Positions 1 through 7,776 of a stretch of 64,000 bases of DNA are shown piece by piece. How positions within the stretch are numbered: position 1 is the first letter of the stretch; the number at the start of each line of letters is the position of its first letter. The position numbers and the translations under genes are program-made. Source of the stretch: Candidatus Pelethomonas sp. (GTDB lineage Bacteria > Bacillota > Clostridia > Oscillospirales > Oscillospiraceae); contig DBFJQM010000002.1 in assembly GCA_048404665.1 (NCBI GenBank), positions 18,845-82,844 on the forward strand. Direction: 5' to 3'. Below the pieces are notes generated by a model. The model did not search any database and was not told the origin of the DNA. It saw nothing but the letters and a program-made list of their open reading frames with translations.

Positions 1-321
1 GATGCCCCGGACGCACTTGCTCTCGCACTGGGTCTCCTGGGGGCAGACGCGGCCGCACACGGCGGGCAGGGCGCTGTCCTGGGCGATGATCTGATAGGCG
101 GCCTCGAAGTCGCCCTCCGCCACCTTGGCGATAAAGTCGGGGATGTGGATCTGCACCGGGCAGCCGGAGACGCAGGGCATATTCTTGCAGTGGAGGCAGC
201 GCTGGGCCTCGTCAATGGCCTGCTCCCGGGTGTAGCCGAGGGCTACCTCGTTAAAGTTCCCCGCGCGGACCTGGGGGTCCTGATGGGGCATGGGATTCTT
301 ATGCGGACACATATTGGGCAT
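1..321 (-). CDS. nfnB: NfnB / GltD-family NADPH-dependent oxidoreductase large subunit, N-terminal 107 codons only (gene runs off the left edge)
   Basis: Own reverse translation from ATG at 321: MPNMCPHKNPMPHQDPQVRAGNFNEVALGYTREQAIDEAQRCLHCKNMPCVSGCPVQIHIPDFIAKV...AVCGRVCPQETQCESKCVRGI. This is the Cys-cluster N-terminus typical of GltD/NfnB. The start lies 1 nt after the nfnA stop. Confidence 0.8.
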   Translation of the reverse strand, partial: MPNMCPHKNPMPHQDPQVRAGNFNEVALGYTREQAIDEAQRCLHCKNMPCVSGCPVQIHIPDFIAKVAEGDFEAAYQIIAQDSALPAVCGRVCPQETQCESKCVRGI

Positions 322-322
322 G

Positions 323-1165
323 TCACTTTACCTCCTGCTTGAACAGATTACAGGTCTCCTCCCGGGCGTGGAGCTCAAAGTCCCGGTACATGGCGCCCCG
401 GGCCATGGCCTCGTCGAAGTCCACCAGGTGGCCGTCAAACTCAGGGCCGTCCACGCAGGCGAACTTGGTCTCGCCGCCCACCGTCAGGCGGCAGCCGCCG
501 CACATGCCGGTGCCGTCGATCATGATGGGGTTCATGCTGACCACAGTGGGGATGTTGTACTGCTTGGTCAGCAGGCAGACGAACTTCATCATGATGACAG
601 GGCCGATGGCAATGACCCGGTCATACTGGGCGCCGGCCTCGATCTGCTCCTTCAGCAGGTCGGTGACCAGGGCCTTCTTGCCGTAGGAGCCGTCGTCGGT
701 GCCGATGATGAGATTGGTGGAGGCGGCGCGGAACTCGTCCTCCAAGATCACCAGGTCCTTGTTGCGGAAGCCCACGATCAGGTCCACATGGCAGCCCACG
801 TCGTGGAGCTTCTTCGCCACGGGGTAGGCGATGGCGGTGCCCACGCCGCCGCCGATGACCGCCACCCGCTTCAGGCCCTCGGTCTCGGTGGCCTTGCCCA
901 GGGGGCCCACGAAGTCCTGGAGGTATTCGCCTTCCTGCTTGTGGTTCAGCTTCTCCGTGGTGGCGCCCACGATCTGGAAAATGATGGTGATGGTGCCCTT
1001 CTCCCGGTCATAGGCCGCAATGGTCAGGGGGATGCGCTCGCCGTTCTCATCCACACGGAGGATGATGAACTGGCCCGGCTCCGCCTTGCGGGCTACCGCG
1101 GGAGCTTCCACCTCCATCAGGGTAACGGTGGGGTTCAACTCTCTCTTCTTTACGATCCGATACAT
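323..1165 (-). CDS. nfnA: Ferredoxin-NADP+ reductase-like small subunit (NfnA / SudB / PyrK-type FAD + 2Fe-2S subunit)
   Basis: ORF track 323..1183, trimmed to MYRIVKK (ATG 1165) behind AAAGAGGAAAC. Ferredoxin-reductase-type fold with C-terminal CGGCRLT...C motif; coupled to nfnB. Confidence 0.85.
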   Translation of the reverse strand: MYRIVKKRELNPTVTLMEVEAPAVARKAEPGQFIILRVDENGERIPLTIAAYDREKGTITIIFQIVGATTEKLNHKQEGEYLQDFVGPLGKATETEGLKRVAVIGGGVGTAIAYPVAKKLHDVGCHVDLIVGFRNKDLVILEDEFRAASTNLIIGTDDGSYGKKALVTDLLKEQIEAGAQYDRVIAIGPVIMMKFVCLLTKQYNIPTVVSMNPIMIDGTGMCGGCRLTVGGETKFACVDGPEFDGHLVDFDEAMARGAMYRDFELHAREETCNLFKQEVK

Positions 1166-1372
1166 AGTGTTTCCTCTTTCCACTTAGATTCGGTTGCGTA
1201 TATGTATTGACGCGCCGTTTTCATACATTCAGGCACATCAGCTTTAGTGTAGCACAGATTCTTCGCCTCGTCAATTTTCTTCCGCGGATTTCCACGATTT
1301 TCAGAGGAAAAAACGTCTCCCCAGCCGGCGGCCGCCGTGAAAAATCTCCCGCAAATGCAGGTAAAACCCACC

Positions 1373-1401
1373 TTGACGAGCGGGCGAGGATGTGGTATAC
1401 T
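1373..1401 (+). promoter_or_regulatory. Sigma-A-type promoter for tRNA-Thr
   Basis: TTGACG (1373-1378), 17 nt, TATACT (1396-1401), about 60 nt upstream of the tRNA. Confidence 0.5.
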
Positions 1402-1461
1402 ACCTTCGTTGCCGCGGGGCAGGTCCCACTGGCGGCGCTCGCTCCCGTCCCATTTATATAC

Positions 1462-1537
1462 GCTGGAATAGCTCAGCCGGTAGAGCAGCTGATTCGTAAT
1501 CAGCAGGTCGCGTGTTCGAGTCACGTTTCCAGCTCCA
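1462..1537 (+). tRNA. tRNA-Thr (anticodon CGT), CCA encoded
   Basis: Hand-folded cloverleaf: acceptor GCTGGAA/TTCCAGC, D arm GCTC/GAGC, anticodon arm GCTGA-TTCGTAA-TCAGC, T arm GCGTG-TTCGAGT-CACGT, then T-CCA. Confidence 0.9.
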
Positions 1538-1538
1538 C

Positions 1539-1577
1539 GATGAGCCTCTCAGCGGCTTTGCCGCTGAGAGGCTCATC
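1539..1577 (+). terminator. Perfect 18-bp hairpin immediately after the tRNA (terminator or processing hairpin, no U-tract)
   Basis: GATGAGCCTCTCAGCGGC-ttt-GCCGCTGAGAGGCTCATC, starting 1 nt after CCA. Confidence 0.45.
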
Positions 1578-1907
1578 GTGCATATTGGGGCAAATCGCTT
1601 TGACCTAATATTGCAGGATTGCCCTGAAATCGCAGGATTTTGGGGCAATTTTGCGTTCTAAGAGCATTTCGGATGGGCGGCGGTCTTTTGCGCATCCGCT
1701 TGCGGAGGTTTACCACTGAGCCGGGGGTACTTCAATGCTTGGGTGGAGGCCGGCGTGAGACGGAAGTCGGTTATCCTGTACTGCTCCACTGCCTCCTCTG
1801 TCTTCAGCAATGTCTCGGCCTTTGCGGCCCCGGCAGCACTTCGCTGAGGGCAAGATAGGTGCAACCATTTTTGCGGGTGCTGCCGTTTATCAGCAGGACT
1901 TTCATCG

Positions 1908-2888
1908 TCACCGCAGGTTTTCCGCGAAAAACCGCTCCAGCTTATCAAAGGGGATAGCGTCTTTCCCGCCGCCGTCGTAGAGGTCGGTGTGCACCGCGCC
2001 GGAGATGATCAGCAGCCCCTTGTTGTCCCCGGTGAGCTTCTGGAAAGCGTCCTCGCCGAAATAGCGGGAGTGGGCCTTCTCCCCGTGGACGACGAGCACG
2101 GCGGAGCGAATCTCATCGGCGTAGCAGAGAATAGGCTGGTTGAGGAAGGACAGGCACCCGGTCTTGTTCCAGCCGCCGTTGGAGTTGAGGGAGCGGGGGT
2201 GATAGCCCCGGGCGGTCTTGTAGTAGTCGTAGTAGTCCTTCACGAAGAAGGGCGCGTCCTCCGGCAGAGGGTCCACCACGCCGCCGCCCAGCTCATAGCT
2301 GCCCGCCCGGAAGTCGGCGGTACGCTGGGCGTTGAGGGCCTTTTTCTTCTCGTACCGGGCGTTGGCGCTGTCCTCGGCGTCAAAGTAGCCCTTGGCGTTG
2401 ACCCGGCTCATGTCGTACATGGTGATGGCGGCTGTCGCCTTGACCCGGGTGTCCAGGACCGCGGCGTTCAGGGCCATGCCGCCCCAGCCGCAGATGCCGA
2501 TGATGCCGATTTTCTCAGGGTCTACATTGTCCTGAACGGAGAGAAAATCCACCGCCGCCTGGAAATCCTCGGTATTGATGTCGGGAGAGGCCATATACCT
2601 GGGCGTGCCGCCGCTCTCGCCGGTAAAGGAGGGGTCAAAGGCGATGGTCAGAAACCCCCGCTCCGCCATGGTCTGGGCGTACAGCCCGGAACACTGTTCC
2701 TTCACCGCCCCGAAGGGCCCGCACACGGCAATGGCCGCCAGCTTTCCGGTCGCTTCCTTGGGCCGGTACAGGTCCGCCGCCAGGGTGATGCCGTAGCGAT
2801 TGGGGAAGGTCACCTTGCAATGCTCCACCTTGCCGCTCCGAGGGAAGGTCTTATCCCACTCCCGCACCAAATTTAATGTTTCTTCCAC
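1908..2888 (-). CDS. Alpha/beta hydrolase, dienelactone-hydrolase-like (Cys nucleophile elbow GICGWG)
   Basis: ORF track 1908..3140, trimmed to GTG 2888 behind AGGAGG (GCAGGAGGAATTGACTGTG). The upstream 84 codons of the ORF look non-coding. Hydrolase fold motifs are GPFGAVKE, GICGWGG and a C-terminal VHGEKAH. Confidence 0.75.
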   Translation of the reverse strand: MEETLNLVREWDKTFPRSGKVEHCKVTFPNRYGITLAADLYRPKEATGKLAAIAVCGPFGAVKEQCSGLYAQTMAERGFLTIAFDPSFTGESGGTPRYMASPDINTEDFQAAVDFLSVQDNVDPEKIGIIGICGWGGMALNAAVLDTRVKATAAITMYDMSRVNAKGYFDAEDSANARYEKKKALNAQRTADFRAGSYELGGGVVDPLPEDAPFFVKDYYDYYKTARGYHPRSLNSNGGWNKTGCLSFLNQPILCYADEIRSAVLVVHGEKAHSRYFGEDAFQKLTGDNKGLLIISGAVHTDLYDGGGKDAIPFDKLERFFAENLR

Positions 2889-2907
2889 AGTCAATTCCTC
2901 CTGCAAA

Positions 2908-3144
2908 TTAGTCCTGTTTTTCAATTTGATAGACCAGATAGTCCAGACAGTCAATGCGCTTTTCGCTTTGGTGGACCAAGTCCAGCAGCTCCCGTCTGTG
3001 GCGGGAGAGGACCTGGAGCAGCTCCCTGCGGTCCTGTTTCCTTGCCAAGTCCATACACCGCCGGACCGTATCCCCGCTGCACCCCGCGTCAAGTAGGTTT
3101 TGGCGGAGGAGGCCCTCGGCGTCCGATGCGTTTGGCACACCCAT
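2908..3144 (-). CDS. Small hypothetical protein (about 77 aa) ending ...RIDCLDYLVYQIEKQD
   Basis: ORF 2908..3189. Likely start is ATG 3144 or GTG 3138 behind GGAGG. Lies 19 nt upstream of the hydrolase gene and divergent from the LysR gene. Confidence 0.5.
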   Translation of the reverse strand: MGVPNASDAEGLLRQNLLDAGCSGDTVRRCMDLARKQDRRELLQVLSRHRRELLDLVHQSEKRIDCLDYLVYQIEKQD

Positions 3145-3264
3145 CACCTCCACTGACCTTATGATAACGTGGGCGTTCAAAAATAGCAAATACTTTGTTT
3201 CTATATCAAGTTATTCTTGAACGGCATAACTAAAGCTGCTATACTGGGGACGGAGGTGGTCTTG

Positions 3265-4146
3265 ATGGAACTTCGGGTGCTGCGGTATTTTCTGGAGGTG
3301 GCGCGGGAGGAGAGCGTGACCCACGCGGCGGAGCGGCTCCACGTCTCCCAGCCCACGCTGTCCAAGCAGCTGAAGGACTTGGAGGGGGAGCTGGGCAAAA
3401 AGCTGTTTGTCCGCACCAATTACAGCGTCCGGCTCACGGAAGCCGGGATGCTGCTGCGCAAGCGGGCGGAGGACATTTTGGACATGGTGGATAAGACCGC
3501 CGGGGAGTTCCGCTCCCTGGAGGAGGATATGGGCGGCGACGTCCACATCGGCTGCGCGGAATCCGACAGCATCAAGTATCTGGCCCGGTGCCTGAAGGAG
3601 CTGCGGCAAAGCCATCCCCGCATCCGCTATCATCTGCACAGCGGAAATACGGAGGACATTGCCGGACGGTTGGACAGCGGCCTTTTCGACTTTGCCTTCC
3701 TGGTGGAGCCCCCCAACCTCTCCAAGTATAACTATCTGGAGGTCCCGTCGGCGGACGCCTGGGGCGTGGTCATGCGAAAGGACGCCCCGCTGGCGCAAAA
3801 GGAACAAATCCGGATTGATGACTTGATGGGACTGGACCTGATCTGTTCAGAGCAGGCCATGCAGGTGGACATTCCCCGCTGGTGCGGAGAGAAGGCCGAC
3901 CTGCTCCGCCTGACCGGGACGGTCAATCTGGTCTATAACGGCGCCGTCTTTGTGCGGGAGGGGCTGGGCTATCTGCTCTCCTTTGACAAGCTGGCGGACA
4001 CCGGGCCGGACAGCGAGCTGTGCTTCCGCCCCCTTGTCCCCGCCCTGGAGACGAAGATGTATGTGGTCTGGAAAAAGTACCAGATGTTCAGCCCGGCGGC
4101 GGAGGAACTGCTGCGGGAAATGAAGCCGCGGTTTGGGGCAATGTGA
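3265..4146 (+). CDS. LysR-family transcriptional regulator
   Basis: MELRVLRYFLEVAREESVTHAAERLHVSQPTLSKQLKDLE... is a typical LysR wHTH plus substrate-binding domain. ATG 3265 sits behind GGAGGTG. Confidence 0.9.
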   Translation: MELRVLRYFLEVAREESVTHAAERLHVSQPTLSKQLKDLEGELGKKLFVRTNYSVRLTEAGMLLRKRAEDILDMVDKTAGEFRSLEEDMGGDVHIGCAESDSIKYLARCLKELRQSHPRIRYHLHSGNTEDIAGRLDSGLFDFAFLVEPPNLSKYNYLEVPSADAWGVVMRKDAPLAQKEQIRIDDLMGLDLICSEQAMQVDIPRWCGEKADLLRLTGTVNLVYNGAVFVREGLGYLLSFDKLADTGPDSELCFRPLVPALETKMYVVWKKYQMFSPAAEELLREMKPRFGAM

Positions 4147-4272
4147 TATCCGTATATTCTTTGATCGGGCGTATCACGTCAGGAACAAAGGCTGTCAGGC
4201 TGTTAAGGTGATCCCCCTGATTCTGAGCCGCATGGGGCAGGGAATTGTGAGGGGTCCCCCTTTGATTATAAG

Positions 4273-4319
4273 AAAATCTCTCCGGCTATGGTGGAAACCC
4301 ATAGCCGGAGAGATTTTTT
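4273..4319. terminator. Bidirectional intrinsic terminator (copy 1 of repeat element, see findings)
   Basis: AAAATCTCTCCGGCTATGG-tggaaac-CCATAGCCGGAGAGATTTT flanked by A/T runs, between convergent lysR-type gene and rhaD. Confidence 0.7.
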
Positions 4320-4395
4320 GACCACATAAAATGCCGCAGACGGCTCAAAAAGTGATTGGCCTGCTTCTGCGCCTATCTATGTATCGCAGCGCAGA

Positions 4396-5223
4396 TCACG
4401 CCAGATACCCGTCCCGGGCCTTGACGCCGAAACGCTGCTCCAGCAGGTGCATCTGCTGGTCGGTGATGGTCTGCTTCAACGGCAGGTGGGCGATCTTCAG
4501 ATAGATCTCGGCGGCTTTCTCGGCGGTCTCGATGAGGCCGAAGGTCTCGTCCAGGTCCTTCCCCGCGCCGTAGATGCCGTGCTGGGCCCAGACCACCAGC
4601 CGGGCGGTCTTCATCTTCTCCGCCGTGGCCTCGCCGATCTCGTTGGTGCCGCAGAGCATCCAGGGCAGCACGTTCACCCCGTCGGGGAACACCACGATGC
4701 ACTCGGTACACATCTGCCAGAGGGTGCGGGTGAAGGCCCGCTCGTCCAGGTCGTGGACGTAGGTCATGGCCAGCAAATTGGTGGGGTGGCAGTGCATCAC
4801 CACCCGGTTCTCCGGGTCCACCGCCAGCCGGGCCATGTGGCTCATGAGGTGGGCAGGCAGCTCGCTGGTGAACTTCCCACCGTCCTTGTAGCCCCACAGC
4901 AGCTCAGCGGTGGCGCCGTCGGCGGCGATGCGGAGGATGCCAAGGTTGGTCTCCGGGTCGTCCTCCACGTTTTTGAAATACTTGCCGGTGCCAGTGACCA
5001 GAAAATACTTCCCGGCCAGGGGCTTGGCCTCAAAGCCGATGGGGATGGTGCGGAGGACCTTGTTCAGGTCCAGATACTCCCCCACCTCCTTCTCGTCCAG
5101 CAGGAGGCTGATGTTGCCGCCGTTGCGCTCGTCCCAGCCCAGGCGGTACATGTTGGCGGTGGTTTTCTTCATCTCCTCCACAAAGGGAGTCGTTCCCATA
5201 AAAGCCCTTAAAATGTCCTTCAT
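4396..5223 (-). CDS. rhaD: Rhamnulose-1-phosphate aldolase (class II aldolase)
   Basis: 275-aa ORF, MKDILRAFMGTTPFVEEMKKTTANMYRLGWDERNGGNISLLL...; overlaps the rhaA stop (ATGA-type coupling). Confidence 0.9.
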   Translation of the reverse strand: MKDILRAFMGTTPFVEEMKKTTANMYRLGWDERNGGNISLLLDEKEVGEYLDLNKVLRTIPIGFEAKPLAGKYFLVTGTGKYFKNVEDDPETNLGILRIAADGATAELLWGYKDGGKFTSELPAHLMSHMARLAVDPENRVVMHCHPTNLLAMTYVHDLDERAFTRTLWQMCTECIVVFPDGVNVLPWMLCGTNEIGEATAEKMKTARLVVWAQHGIYGAGKDLDETFGLIETAEKAAEIYLKIAHLPLKQTITDQQMHLLEQRFGVKARDGYLA

Positions 5224-6470
5224 ACCCGGTTCACCAGCACTTTCTTCTCATAGTCCTTCACCTGGTCCAACCACGCCCCGTCGGCGGGCACGCCCTGGCG
5301 GCGGCAGTACTCGTCCCAGATCTCCCCAAAGGGGGCGGTCTTCAGCTCCTCCTGGGCCACCATGAGCCTGGTCCAGTCGTCGCCGTCCTGGAGGGCTTTC
5401 AGCTCCCCGTTGGGCTGGAGCAGGGCAAACAGCAGGGCCTTTTGCAGATTGCGGTAGCCCACCGTCCAGGCGGACACCCGGTTGATGGAGGCGTCGAAGT
5501 AGTCCAGGGCAATGTGGACCCGCTCCGCCCCGCAGCGGACGATCTCCCGGCAGATCTCCCGCGTCTCGTCATCGAACAGCACCACATGGTCTGAGTCCCA
5601 CCGGATGGGCCGGGTGACGTGGAGGGCGATTTCCGGGAAGAAGGCCAACAGGGCGGGAATTTTGTCGCTGACCACCTCGGTGGGGTGGTAGTGGCCGTTA
5701 TCCATAAGGGGGATGCACTTGTCCCGGTTGAAAGCGGCATAGCTCAGGGCGAACTCGGCGGAGCCGGCGGTGTAGGCCTCCACGCCGATGCCGAACACCT
5801 TGCTCTCGATGCAGGGCTTGACCTTCTTGAAGTCATAGGGCTCGGACAGGATCTGGTCAATGCTGTCCCGATACCGCTCCCTGGGCCCCAGGCGGTCGCC
5901 GGGAATGTCCTTAAAGCCGTCTCCGGTCCAGATGTTCATGACGCAGGGCTGGCCCAGCTCCTGGGCCAGGTAGCTGGAAATGCGGATACAGGCCTTGCCG
6001 TGGTCGATCCAGAACCGCCGGGTCTCCTCGTTGGGCGAGCTGAGGGTCAGGGGGTCGCACTTGGGGTGGGAGAAGAAGGTGGGGTTGAAATCGCAGCCCA
6101 GGCCACGTGCCTTGCAGAACTTGACCCAGGGGGCAAAGTGCTTCGGCTCCAGCTTGTCCCGGTCGGCCCACTGGCCGGGCTCAAAAATGGCGTAACTGGC
6201 GTGGAGGTTCAGCTTCTTGGCGCCGGGGCAAAGCTTCAGCACCTGGTCGATGTCGGCCATCAGCTCCTCCGGCGTCCGGGCCCTGCCGGGGTAGTTCCCC
6301 GTGGTCTGGATGCCGCCGGTGAGGGGCTTTGTGGGGTCGGTGTCGAACCCCCGCACGTCGTCTCCCTGCCAGCAGTGGAGCGCCACGGGGATGGTTTTCA
6401 GCCGCTCCATGGCCGCCTCGGCGTCCACGCCCAGGACGGCGTATTTTGCTTTCGCTTCCTGATAGCTCAT
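5220..6470 (-). CDS. rhaA: L-rhamnose isomerase
   Basis: 416-aa ORF with ...ALHCWQGDDVRGFD... and a RhaA-type TIM-barrel signature; sits between rhaB and rhaD. Confidence 0.95.
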   Translation of the reverse strand: MSYQEAKAKYAVLGVDAEAAMERLKTIPVALHCWQGDDVRGFDTDPTKPLTGGIQTTGNYPGRARTPEELMADIDQVLKLCPGAKKLNLHASYAIFEPGQWADRDKLEPKHFAPWVKFCKARGLGCDFNPTFFSHPKCDPLTLSSPNEETRRFWIDHGKACIRISSYLAQELGQPCVMNIWTGDGFKDIPGDRLGPRERYRDSIDQILSEPYDFKKVKPCIESKVFGIGVEAYTAGSAEFALSYAAFNRDKCIPLMDNGHYHPTEVVSDKIPALLAFFPEIALHVTRPIRWDSDHVVLFDDETREICREIVRCGAERVHIALDYFDASINRVSAWTVGYRNLQKALLFALLQPNGELKALQDGDDWTRLMVAQEELKTAPFGEIWDEYCRRQGVPADGAWLDQVKDYEKKVLVNRV

Positions 6471-7768
6471 AGCGTTACCTCCATCTGGATTTTTAAGTTG
6501 CCTAAGGCGGTTGCCTCGATGGGCAAAGCGATGACCTCTTTGCCCGTGGCTTCCTGGGTCAGTCGGTTCAGGAATTGGTTTTTCGCCCCGCCGCCCACGA
6601 TGTACAGCTTTTGATAGGTCTTGCCCGTGTTCTGCTCCAGCTCCCGAATGGCGTCCCGGTAGCTGAGCGCCAGCGAGCGGTAGGCACAGCGGAAGTAGTC
6701 CCCCACGCTCCGGGGCTGCTCCGATAAAGTGGCGTCAAAGGCGGCTCTCATACTTTCAGGGGCCAGGAACGCCGGGGCGTTGGCGTCCACGGTGTTCTCA
6801 AAACCGCTTTGCTCCGCTTCGGCTACGATCTCAGAAAACGGCTTCTCCGGGCACAGCTCGTCCCGGAGGCGGTTCACCAGCCACATGCCCATGATGTTCT
6901 TCTGATAGCGGGTATACCCCACGCCGCCCTCGTTGGACCAGTTCCCCGCCCGGCTTGCGGCGTCGGTGATAGGCTCAGGGACCTTCACCCCCAGCAAAGA
7001 CCAGGTGCCGGAGGAGATGTAAGGCTCGTTCCCCTCCATGGGGATGCCCTCCACCGCCGAGGCGGTGTCGTGGGTGGCACAGAGGACCACCTGGCAGGTC
7101 CCGCCCACCTCGCTCGCAACAGACGGCAGCAGCGGCCCCAGGACAGTTCCTGGCCCTCTGAGCCTGGGAAACAGCCCCTCAGGCAGGCCCAGGCGGCGGA
7201 CGGTCTCCCGGTCAAACTCCCCGGTCACTGCATTCACCAGCCCGGTGGTGGTGGCATTGGTGTACTCGTGGGCCTTGACTCCGGTGAGCTTCCACAGCAG
7301 GTATTCCGGCACCATCAGGAAATCCGCAGCTCCCTCCAGTCTGCCCGCCCGCAGGTCGTCGCAGAGCTGATAGATGGTGTTGAAGGGCTGAAACTGGCAG
7401 CCGGTGCGGGCGTACAGCTCCTCAAAGTGCGCCTTTTCATGGACGGCGGAAAGGACCGCCTCCGTCCGGCTGTCCCGGTAGGCATAGCAGGGCCAGACCT
7501 CCCGGTCTCCCCGGAGCAGCACATAGTCGCACCCCCAGGTGTCGATGGAGAGGCTCACAATGTCCGGGAACCGGGCAAAGGCGGCCTTGACGCCCGCCTT
7601 GACCTCCCGGAACAGTCTCTCCATGTCCCAGGTCAGGTGGCCCTCCCGCTCCACAACGCCGTTGGGGAAGCGGTAGACTTCCTCCGTCCTGAGCGCGCCG
7701 CCCTCCCGCCAGCCCACGATGTGCCGGCCGGAGGAGGCCCCGATATCAATGGCAAGGTAGCGCTTCAT
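6467..7768 (-). CDS. rhaB: Rhamnulokinase (FGGY sugar kinase)
   Basis: ORF track 6467..8113, trimmed to MKRYLAIDIGASSGRHIVG (ATG 7768) behind GAGGA. The upstream extension overlaps the GH3 gene end. Confidence 0.9.
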   Translation of the reverse strand: MKRYLAIDIGASSGRHIVGWREGGALRTEEVYRFPNGVVEREGHLTWDMERLFREVKAGVKAAFARFPDIVSLSIDTWGCDYVLLRGDREVWPCYAYRDSRTEAVLSAVHEKAHFEELYARTGCQFQPFNTIYQLCDDLRAGRLEGAADFLMVPEYLLWKLTGVKAHEYTNATTTGLVNAVTGEFDRETVRRLGLPEGLFPRLRGPGTVLGPLLPSVASEVGGTCQVVLCATHDTASAVEGIPMEGNEPYISSGTWSLLGVKVPEPITDAASRAGNWSNEGGVGYTRYQKNIMGMWLVNRLRDELCPEKPFSEIVAEAEQSGFENTVDANAPAFLAPESMRAAFDATLSEQPRSVGDYFRCAYRSLALSYRDAIRELEQNTGKTYQKLYIVGGGAKNQFLNRLTQEATGKEVIALPIEATALGNLKIQMEVTL

Positions 7769-7776
7769 AGCTGTCC

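Noticed and set aside
290-1210. Long ORFs antisense to clearly identifiable genes. Examples are 290..1210 +, 7813..10152 +, 10620..12713 +, 20207..21787 +, 26043..28103 +, 34283..36325 +, 37109..39067 +, 42510..44351 +, 46898..49210 +, 51922..53514 + and 55488..57809 +.
   Set aside because: These are typical shadow ORFs of GC-rich DNA. Their translations are Gly/Ala/Arg/Pro/His-rich low-complexity strings with no RBS, and the opposite strand encodes well-recognised proteins.
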